Assembly (NCBI GenBank): GCA_964016885.1
Contig: OZ024741.1
Span: 407,092,001-407,156,000 of the forward strand
Direction of reading: 5' to 3'
DNA: 64,000 nucleotides
Origin: Eledone cirrhosa
Lineage: Eukaryota
Part shown: piece after piece, positions 53,400-64,000 of the stretch
Numbering within the stretch: position 1 is the first letter of the stretch
How the letters are laid out: every line of letters begins with the position of its first letter
The notes under the pieces: model-generated
The model's input: only the letters and a program-made list of their open reading frames with translations
What the model was told of the DNA's origin: nothing
Database searches by the model: none
Translations under genes and position numbers: made by a program

Positions 53400-53760
53400 T
53401 TGAAACAACATTATTACTATGGCTACAAATCCAAATCTAAAGCCAGGGTCTTTTCGCTCCTGTTGGAGGAACTCCTCTCTTGTTTGCCTCCACCATTTCC
53501 TATCTAGGATCATACTGGGCCATGTGGGGACGAGGTATCTGGTAGAGATCGACATAAGTTATCATTCTTTTAGTTGCCCTCAGGTTCTTCTGCACTGCCT
53601 TGGTGTCGACCATGTTATTCCAATGGTCTTCCTGTTGTCTTTGAGATGAGAGACATGACCAGCCCCTCGATTTTTGCCCTTCTTGATAGTGTCAATTATG
53701 TCCTTCCCTTCCAGCGCATCGATGTTTGCCTTCTTGATGGTCTCAATTAGGTCCTTCACT
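53400..53760 (-). mobile_element. RTE LINE 3' fragment
   Basis: Minus-strand translation AGHVSHLKDNR..ITWSTPRQ..RT.GQ, typical of the RTE C-terminus. Confidence 0.55.
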
Positions 53761-53821
53761 CGAGTTTGCCACCAATTACACGTGTTGCTCTCACTGTGAA
53801 TATAACCTGCAAACGTAAACC

Positions 53822-54228
53822 TTTGGCAGTATCAGTAGAGGGTCGGATGCCATGCTTTGTAGCAAAGAGTTACGGCCCTTTATGGTCTGAGTTTAAATTC
53901 CGCCGAGGTTAACTTTGCCTTTCATCCTTATACGGTCGATAAAATAAAGTACCAGTAATACACTGAGATAATTGCTGGACTTGTGCCAAAAGTAGAAACA
54001 ATTATTAGCCGAGGTTAGCTTTCCCTTTCATCCTTACGGGGTTGATAAAATAAGATACCAGTAATGCACTGCGGTAATTGCTGGCCTTGTACCAAAAGTA
54101 GAAATAATTATTAGCCGAGGTTAGCTTTCCCTTTCATCCTTGGGGGGGGGGGGGGGGTCGATAAAATAAGATACCAGTAATGCACTGGCTTATTGCTGGC
54201 CTTGTGCCAAAAGTAGAAACAATTATTA
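53822..54228 (+). mobile_element. SINE A followed by two tandem copies of its 3' half
   Basis: GCCGAGGTTA..AGAAACAATTATTA occurs three times. Confidence 0.88.
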
Positions 54229-55029
54229 GCAATATGATGTCTCTATCATTAACGTCCTCACTATCACCACCACAACCAGTGACATTAACCCATTAGGCTT
54301 CTCTGTAGTCTGTCTTCTTCCTGTTTCTCCTTTATCCAGCATCTATGTTGGTCTTGTCCGATATACATCCTCTCTCTGCTTCCGAACCACTTGCATATTT
54401 CAACAACCACTAAATATTAAATGTGAGAGAAGTGGAAACGATACAAGTGAAAACAGTGTAACAGCATAACTCTTACAACAATCGACAACAACACCACCAC
54501 CACCACTACAACTACCATCAACACCACCACCACCACCACCACAACCAACACCACAACCACCACCACCACAACCACCACCAACAACACCACCACCACCACC
54601 ACCACAACCAACACCACAACCACCACCACCACAACCACCACCACCAACACAACCACCACCACAACCATCATCACCACCACCACCACCAACACCACCAACA
54701 CCTTCACCACCACCAACACCACCAACACCTTCATCACCACCATCAGCACCGCCACCTCAACCACCACCACCACCACCACCAACAGCAACAACACCTTCAT
54801 CACCACCATCAGCACCACCACCTCAACCACCACCACCACCACCACCAACAGCAACAACACCTTCACCACTACTCCCAGCAGCTATAACAACTTCAAACAC
54901 ATTTCCAACATACTAAATCTGTAGTGTATGCCCGATGACGATTTTCCGTTATTTTATCAATAGTATAATGACATTCTAGACCCACTGCACTTAATAATAC
55001 AACGATAGATGTTATATTGAGGTCGAGAT

Positions 55030-55280
55030 TCCGTACACTTCAGCCAGTAGCAGTGTGGTGTAGAGACCATTGCCCCTAAACTAGTGTTGTTGTTTCAGTA
55101 CACTTCAATAAGTAGCAGTATAGTGTAGAGATCATTGCCCCTAAACTAGTGTCGTTGATCTAGTACACTTGAATCAATAGCAGTGTAGTTTAGAGATCAT
55201 TGCCCCTCAACTAGTGTCGTTGATGTAGTACACTTCAATGAGTAGTTGTGCAGTTTTATTGCCCTAAACTCGTGTCGTTG
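55030..55280. repeat. 65-bp minisatellite, ~4 copies
   Basis: GTACACTT recurs at 55033, 55098, 55163 and 55228. Confidence 0.85.
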
Positions 55281-55519
55281 CTATTTCAACTGAAGGGTCA
55301 CTGATATATGGTTGAGTTAAGGGATAACTATTCCTGCACTAAATGGACTAAAGGATGACTTCTAGGATGTCAGGAACTTTTCTTTTCCTCGGATCCATTG
55401 GTCGGTTTCTTCGATCTCACCATGATCCTTTTGTGGGCAATAAATGAGTTAATGATGCACACCTGGTCATCAAGATCAATAACAACAATATCGAGGAGGG
55501 TGACCACTACATTTACCTT

Positions 55520-56500
55520 GCTCAGCGCATTTCAATGGACTCGGGATTTATATAACAAGAAATCAGATCCCGCATTACAATGGGTAGGTGGGGGCGGGGG
55601 GTTGTCCTTTAGAAAAGCAAGTGACATCTTAAAGGTCAAAGACATCCCAATCGTCATAAGACATAAAGTATGACCAATGTATTCTGCCGACTGTTACCTA
55701 CGGATCCGAAACCTGCAACCTAAACGATAAACAAGCACAAAAGCTATGAACAATGCAAATAACCCACGACAGGATCATAATTAGCCCGGGGTTATTGCTT
55801 ATATTTCATTTGATTTCATAAGGGTGGGGGTGAGTTAGACACTCTAATATGCAATGGTGTCTACAACACTTCTTCTTCTTCTTCTTCTTTTTCTTCTTTT
55901 TCTTCTTCTTCTTCTTCTTCTTCTTCTTCTTCTTCTTCTTCTTCTTCTTCTTCTTCTTCTTCTTCTTCTTCTTCTTCTTCTTCTTCTTTATTCCTGAGAG
56001 GGCCGTGGGGCCAGAGTCCTCAAACACTCTCTCTTCCAGTGGGTCCTGTCAGAAGCAACCGTCTCCAACTAACCCGGTTGAATCCCAAAGAGAGACCAAC
56101 CAAGCTCATAGATGTTATTCAACCCTCACGATCTCATTCTACCACGAGGTATTCTACCTGTTGGTTTTGTTTGTAAAATCTGCCCAGCGATTCTTTCCTG
56201 AGACATTCTGACCACATGCCTATAATATCAGAGCTGTGATCTCTCAATTCGGAGAAGTAGCAGCTCTACCTCGTGTAACTCTCTGATTTCCGAGCTATGC
56301 TCTTTATCGTTACTACATAGACCCTTCGGAGGAACCCCATTTCGGCCGCTTGTATTCGAGATTGTATACTTTCGGTCATTACCGCAGATTCATGATCGTA
56401 GTTAAGGGTTGGCATGAATAGCGAATTGAAGATAGCGAGTTTGGCTTTTACACCTACCTCCCTTCTTCTAATTACTGAATGCTGAAGCGCGTACAACACT
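55520..56500. mobile_element. Two RTE LINE fragments, 55520-55790(+) and 56000-56500(-), separated by (TTC)n
   Basis: CILPTVTYGSET in the first. KLAIFNSLFMPTLNY.HES..RIQAAEMGFLRRV in the second. Confidence 0.75.
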
Positions 56501-56931
56501 CTCCAAATAAAACATGGATTCGTCTCTAAGGAGAAATGAGTAGGATATTACCACGAAAGTTATAAAAACAAACCAGCTAACCAATTGTAACACAGTATTT
56601 GAGTTTTGTGTTAGTAAGTTTTTTATTCCAATCCGCGAGTCATTAAAATATTGCGCTCAGTATTGTATACCCACGGCAGATTAACTTTACCTGAATAGCC
56701 TAAATCTCATTACCTAGCAATCATTGCTTTGAATTCCGTATCGCGATAACTGCTCCTAGGAAATTATCTTCAGTAAACAACCCCTGTATAGTTACATAAC
56801 CTAAACCCTCCATCACACCATCTCCCTAATTCACATCTCAACGGGAAAATTATCCAAAGGCATTTGTCCTGAAACTATTGAATCTCCTTAGTTATTGTTG
56901 GGAAGAATATATAATAGAGCTGTGGCTATAA

Positions 56932-57577
56932 TAATTGATTCTACTTTTGGCACAAGGTCAGCAATTACCCCAGTGTATTACTGGTACTTTATTTTATCGA
57001 CCACGTAGGGATGAAAGGCAAAGTTAACCTTGGCGGGATTTGAACTAGACCATAAAGGACCGCAACTCTTTGCTGCAAAGCATGGCGTCCGACTCTAATA
57101 ATGGTTTCTTATATAGGCACAAGGCCAGCAATTTTGGGGGAGGGGAAAGTCGATTAAATGGACACCAGTGCGTGACTGGTACTTTATTTTTTCGAACCCG
57201 TAAGGATGAAAGGCAACGTTAACCTCGGCGGGATTTGAACTCAGATCATAAAGGGGCCAGGCTCTAATAATGATAGCTATGAGCAAACAACGAAGTCTCT
57301 GTGGGGTCGCTGGAAACGCTAGAAAGAGTAGCCAAATCCTTTTAAATCCCAATGTGCCATCTCAAAAAGATTGATCACATAGGACAATACATTCCATTCG
57401 GTTACGAATCTACTCAAGATTGTGATAGAACTAAACAACAAGTACAATAACAACAACACCACCACCAACAACAACAACAACGGCAGCAGCAGCAGCAACA
57501 ACAACACCAACAACGACGACGACGACGACGATGACAACAACAACGAAGAAGACAACAACAACAACAACAACACCACC

Positions 57578-57609
<32 letters not shown>

Positions 57610-57870
57610 CAACAGCAGCAGCAGCAGGAGTAACAAATATGGCGGCAATATTGCTTCTGGACAGATACCAACAGCGAATATAATTGTTTCTACTTTTGGC
57701 ACAAGGCCAGCAATTACCCAGTATATTACTGGTACTTTATTTTGTCGACCCCGTAAGGATGAAAGGCAAAGTTAACCTTGGCAGGATTTGAACTCAGAAT
57801 GGAAAGGGCCGTAACTCTGTGCGTCAAAGCATGGCGTCCGACCCTCTACTGATACTGTCAATCCACCGCC
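56932..57870 (-). mobile_element. Three SINE family A copies (56932-57095, 57100-57260, 57680-57870)
   Basis: Consensus match. Confidence 0.85.
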
Positions 57871-58632
57871 CTAGCATGGTGTCCGACCCTTTACCGATAC
57901 TGCCAATCCACCGCCCTAGCATGGTGTCCGACCCTTTACCGATACTGCCAATCCACCGCCCTAGCATGGTGTCCGACCCTTTACCGATACTGCCAATCCA
58001 CCACCCTAGCATGGTGTCCGACCCTCGACCGATACTGCCAATCCACCGCCCTAGCATGGTGTCCGACCCTCTACCGATACTGCCAATCCACCACCCTAGC
58101 ATGGTGTCTGACCCTCTACCGATACTGCCAATCCTCCACCCTAACATAGCGTCTGACCCTCTACTGATACTGCCAATCCACCTCCCTAGCATGGTGTCCG
58201 ACCCTCTACCGATACTGCCAATCCACCTCCCTAGCATGGTGTCCGACCCTCTACCGATACTGCCAATCCACCACCCTAGCATGGTGTCCGACCCTCTACC
58301 GATACTGCCAATCCACCTCCCTAGCATGGTGTCCCACCCTCTACCGACACTGCCAATCCACCACCCTAGCATGGTGTCCCACCCTCTACCGACACTGCCA
58401 ATCCACCACCCTAGCATGGTGTCCGACCCTCTACCGATACTGCCAATCCACCACCCTAGCATGGTGTCCGACCCTCTACCGATACTGCCAATCCACCTCC
58501 CTAGCATGGTGTCCCACCCTCTACCGACACTGCCAATCCACCACCCTAGCATGGTGTCCCACCCTCTACCGACACTGCCAATCCACCTCCCTAGCATGGT
58601 GTCCCACCCTCTACCGATACTGTTAATCCACC
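57828..58632. repeat. 45-bp minisatellite (~18 copies) derived from the SINE A 5' head
   Basis: Unit CTAGCATGGTGTCCGACCCTCTACCGATACTGCCAATCCACCGCC is the reverse complement of the SINE head. Confidence 0.95.
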
Positions 58633-58921
58633 AACAGCGAATATAATGTCCCAACATTAAGACAAAAAGAAAAAAATGAAGTAATAGAAATATGCAATCT
58701 AAACAAATCGGAAAATTGAGAAGAAATAAAAAAACTAAATAGGAAGAAAGCTTATAGTAATTTGTAATAGAATATATTATGTTGTATGCAGCTAAACCAT
58801 TTTAAAGACTTTCTATTAGGAAGGTTAGAAGAAACTGCGAAATACTGGACGGTTTTGCTGCATTATTGATAGAGCGTTAGGAGAGAGAGAGAGAGAAAGA
58901 CCATTGCAAAAACAAATTATA

Positions 58922-59005
<84 letters not shown>

Positions 59006-59066
59006 TATATATATATATATATACAAATGTATAAGTATATATCATATAGATATATATTTATATAAA

Positions 59067-59098
<32 letters not shown>

Positions 59099-59132
59099 AG
59101 TATATGTTATATAGATATATATTTATATATAA

Positions 59133-59213
<81 letters not shown>

Positions 59214-59306
59214 TATATATATAAATGAAAATAGAGAAATTAATGTGAGCAAGAAGCCAACAGTATTTCATAATATATAAGTGACTATTATCCGTCAAGA
59301 TAGAAA

Positions 59307-59344
<38 letters not shown>

Positions 59345-59386
59345 AGGTATGTATATATGTATATACATGCATATATATATGTATAT

Positions 59387-59430
<44 letters not shown>

Positions 59431-59599
59431 GTTTAGTTCAGACGACTGCACTTCGCTTTGAGACTGTTCCAGCTTTTATTTCTATCAGAAATATATTTGA
59501 GAAAATGTCAGAAGAACTAATAATTGATAGGAGACGAAATTGTTGTATGGAAGATATTGCTACAGTCTGGACAACTGGTTGAATCATTCTACTAATGTC

Positions 59600-59608
59600 T
59601 TACTATCT

Positions 59609-59653
<45 letters not shown>

Positions 59654-59831
59654 TTCTTTAATTCTTTTACCTCTCTCTGTCTCTCCCTCTCCCCCTCTCT
59701 CTCTCTCTCTCTCTCTCTCGCTTTCTTTAATTCTTTTCCTCTCTCTGTCTCTCCCCCCCCCTCTCTCTCTCTCGTTTCTTTAATTCTTTTCCTCTCTCTG
59801 TCCCTCCCTCTCCCCCCTCTCTCTCTAGACC

Positions 59832-59885
<54 letters not shown>

Positions 59886-59942
59886 TCCTTTAATTCTTTT
59901 CCTCTCTCTGTCTCTCCCTCTCCCCCTCTCTCTCTCTAGACC

Positions 59943-60020
<78 letters not shown>

Positions 60021-60137
60021 TTCTTTAATTCTTTTCCTCTCTCTGTCTCTCCCTCCCCCCCTCTCTCTCTCTCTCTCGCTTTCTTTAATTATTTTCCTCT
60101 CTCTGTCCCTCCCTCTCCCCCTCTCTCTCTCTAGAAC

Positions 60138-60193
<56 letters not shown>

Positions 60194-60200
60194 GACTCTC
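59600..60200. repeat. Compound (CT)n-rich tandem repeat
   Basis: CTTTAATTCTTTTCCTCTCTCTGTC recurs about 6 times between (CT)n runs. Confidence 0.9.
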
Positions 60201-60451
60201 GTTCAATTTTGAGATTTCACACGTTCGCTCTTTTTCACTCTCTCTCCTCTCACGCTCACTCTCTTTCTTTATCTCTCTTCATCTCCCCCCCCCCCCCCAT
60301 CCCTCCAGTCTTTCAACAGTTCCTATAAGAAGACAATCCTATTATATTACATTTCTCTGTTTTAAGCTTTCCAGTCTTAGAAATATCCGTATTTTTAAAT
60401 AGTTCTAACGTGTGTGGGTGGGGTGGGGTGTGTGTGTGTGGGGGGGGGGGG

Positions 60452-60768
60452 GGTTAGAATTAGTTGGGGGGTGGGGGGACATTTTGTGGGGGGACATGTT
60501 AGAATTAGTGTGGTGGGACATGTTAGAATTAGTGGGGGGACATGTTAGAATTAGTGGGGGGACATGTTAGAATTAGTGGGGGGGACATGTTAGAATTAGT
60601 GGGGGGACATGTTAGAATTAGTGTGGGGGGACATGTTAGAATTAGTGGGGGGGGACATGTTAGAATTAGTGGGGGGGGACATGTTAGAATTAGTGGGGGG
60701 ACATGTTAGAATTAGTGTGGGGGGACATGTTAGAATTAGTGGGGGGGGGGACATGTTAGAATTAGTGT
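60452..60768. repeat. ~22-bp G-rich minisatellite (GGGGGACATGTTAGAATTAGT)
   Basis: About 13 copies with variable G-run length. Confidence 0.93.
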
Positions 60769-61917
60769 TATGTTACAGAAGCCTATCACCATATTGTTCC
60801 AGTTTATTATTATTATGGACCTTTGCACGTAACTAAACCATTCTACAGAGATAGTTACTACACCAACCGTACACCAACCCCCTAAAACATTGACTGTACC
60901 CAACAGACAAGTCTAGTTTAAAGTATCTCCCGAGCCCGCAACCTTATCAGGCCGGACCTTATCCCGGTTTCCGTGGTGTTAAACGACTGAGAGTACAAAA
61001 CTCCTTCGTGAACACGACGCCAGTCCATCGCAGGGTTAAACCCCAGCCATTGCTGATACTCACTTCATGTTGAGTATACTGAAGCAATGTGAAATGAAGT
61101 GTTTTGCTCAAGAGCACAACACATAACTTAGTTAAGGAATCGAACCATCGACATTATGATCATAAGTCCAACACCCTTACCAATAGGTTATGTACCTTCA
61201 CTATGTAGGAATACATTATCTAATGTACAGTATAACAGTTAGTGTTAGTGATAATCAGATATGTGTTTTGCTCAAGAACACAACACACACCCCACCACAT
61301 TATGATAGTCAGTCCAACGCCATTACCAATAGGTCACGTACCTTCACTATCTAGGACTACATTATCTACTGTACAGCATAACAGTTAGTATTAGTGATAA
61401 TCAGACATAGTGTTCCCATGAGCAACGTGAAATGAAGTGTTTTGCTCAAGAACACAACACACAACCCAGTCCTGGAATCACACCCACGGGATTATGATAG
61501 TAAGCCCAACAGCCTTACCACTAGCCTAGGGTCGTCCACACATAGACAAGTATCATCTATTAAATTAATCAGGTTTCTCCTTACAAATAACACTAAATAA
61601 ACTGCAAGACTAACAGAAACAACGACTAGACAATCTTAACCGCGACAAAAAAACGAACATTTTAGGAATTAAATACAAACCATGTGACACAGTTATAGTG
61701 TAGAAATAAAATATAATGAAGGCATCAAACGATGTAAAAACATACATGGAGTATTCCTGTGTAGCCAATAGTTAATACAAATAAACAACAGAACTTAAAT
61801 AGAATCCATACATATGCCTTAAATATTTCAAACATGACGGAACAGATCACTCTCCAGGCAAAATCTCATTCTTGATTTAAAAAGACATTTAATACAGAAT
61901 TTGGTAATATAAAATAT

Positions 61918-62106
61918 TGTAGATTGGCAGTATCGGTAAAGGGTCGGACGCCACGCTTTGCAGCAAAGAGTTACGGCCCTTTATGATCTGAATTCAAATC
62001 CCGCTGAGATTAACTTTGCCTTTCATCCTTACGGGGTCGATAAAATGAAGTACCAGTAATGTACTGGGATAATTGCTGGCTTTGTGCCAAAAGTAGAAAC
62101 AATTAT
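61918..62106 (+). mobile_element. SINE family A
   Basis: Consensus match. Confidence 0.88.
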
Positions 62107-64000
62107 AAAATTGTTGAAATCATGCAGTTAATTTCATACAACTTGTAATACAATTGAATGAGTGTTTTACTGTTAGATGTGCGTTTAATTCTTCATTCAT
62201 TTAGAGAAATTCTATTACTTTATATATATTAGAAACGTAATAACAACACACCGGAAAAATTGATTGTTTCTCGAATAAATTTTAATATAGGCATAAAGCT
62301 TCTAGTTTTAACGACGGTGATGATATAGTCGATTCTTTTCACTTCCCATACTTTACTGTACCTGATACTTGATGTTATCGATCGCCAAATGAACAGACAA
62401 ATAACGATTTCTAATGTCGGCCAGAACTTGTCTTGTATGTGATTTTATCGACCGTGGAAACATGGTCAGCAAAGCTGAGATACCTTATTAACGAATGTAT
62501 ATTTTACTAGACGCTATTGACTACCAGAAGCCATTTCATTCGTTAATACAGCCATTATGACAATATACTCCTTTTCGTTGTTTCCAGAATGACTTTAAAA
62601 CCCTTTCATTGTAACTGTATATCTGTAATTCCTATTATTTTCATCATTCCTCAACGCCGAATCCAGGTTTGAGGCCCTAACTTTAACCCCAAAGCTTCCT
62701 CTTTAATACTGATATCTCACGTTAGAATATATTTCTACTGATGTATAGTCTGTAGATTTGTCTTAATGATACTGGTTCAAATAAAAACTACCTTGAATTG
62801 AAGAAATGCACATTTTGAAGGTAATAAGATGCGAATCCCAGAGCGGGGAGAGAGGAAGGACATTAAACAGAATAATAAAATTCCTGTTTACTGCTTGGCT
62901 TGAAGAGGGAGAGACATATCCATGAAATGCACAGGTTTTCAGAGTATGATCAGGAAAAAATAGCAGAAAACACGTCTCAACTGTTGCTGTAAATTTATAA
63001 GTTGTAACAAGGGATTCAGTTATTCTAAGTCTAAAGATATCGTCTGTTGGTTTTTATCAAAATCTTTTCCTCTTGCGGCAGCTAATGGCTTCAATTAACA
63101 GCATACAATGGCTTAAGTTAAATGTATTCAATGGGTAGATCTATTGCCCCAGAACAACAATAGTCCCTCTGATTGGGGTTCGAAGTTTCATTCTATCAGA
63201 CTTCATTTACAAACGGTTGAATCTATCTGGGTTTATAGCGGAAACCAACTGCACAATATTCCATGCAGTGTAATTCGAGCCACAAACATGTGATTGCGGA
63301 AAACTTCATGCCCACAGAAACCTTCTTTATACACATTATATATTTTCTCTATATGTCTAAACAAAATATCTAAAAGCAAAAATAACAACAACAACAACAA
63401 TAACAACAATAACAACGACAACAAAAATACGACAAGTCTAAAACAATACATTAATATGAAGCCAAAGTAAGACATTTTTTGGTAAGGCATTGCAAATGCA
63501 AATTCCAATAGATTATCTGTGTACCTCAAGGGACATTAAAACATCGATAACATTAATTATTTCTTTGGATTATCGGACAGTTGAAATTGTCCATATGTTA
63601 CTGTTGGAAAACAATAGTACCAATCATAAAATTTAATATCTGAAAAAAGATGCTGCCGAGATCATTCCATGGAGTTCACGTACTTCCAATCAATAGCACT
63701 TCCATGATATCTTCAATGTGGTTGCTTTCATGTTTTCATGGTGAATCTATTGTGCGTGTGTATTTGTATGTATGTGTTTGTGTATTTGTACGTGGGTATT
63801 TGTATGTGTGTGTGTGTGTGTGTGTATGTGTGTGTATAGCTGTATATCTATTCTAGCTGTCTCTCTCAGGGCATTTAATGGTATACAGGAGTACATACAG
63901 ACAGAGACACATACGCACACGCACAGACACACAGAGGCACAGTCACACACACGCACAGACACTGTCTATCTATTTCTTATATATATATATATATATAGGA

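Noticed and set aside
57819-58657. 275/277-aa repeat proteins
   Set aside because: They are by-products of a stop-free 45-bp SINE-derived minisatellite.
62900-63750. Coding-looking minus-strand sequence (ORF 63233-63529 and neighbours)
   Set aside because: There are stops in all frames and no recognisable motif or firm splice structure. BLASTX is needed.

Overview
This is eukaryotic, AT-rich DNA saturated with repeats. The SINE families and dense (TA)n tracts suggest a cephalopod (octopus-like) genome, which is an inference. No intact host gene is recognisable. The window holds two Tx1/L1-clade LINEs, two Penelope-like elements (PLEs) with RT and GIY-YIG remnants, RTE and CRE LINE fragments, a deleted mariner plus mariner MITEs, about 30 tRNA-derived SINE copies, a 3.9-kb satellite with a 41-bp unit, and several minisatellites. 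The main hidden layer is non-coding. More than a dozen type-I hammerhead-ribozyme (HHR) motifs, from at least 8 unrelated sequence families, sit in short fold-back insertions between (TA)n tracts. One of these is a 320-bp HHR-bearing unit arranged as tandem plus inverted copies (retrozyme-like, 49187-50137). The PLE at 7073-9495 has an in-frame TGA exactly at a Cys position of its CxC...CP motif and a SECIS-like hairpin at the ORF end, making it a candidate selenocysteine-encoding (Naiad-type) retroelement. All calls were made by eye and coordinates of decayed elements are approximate.
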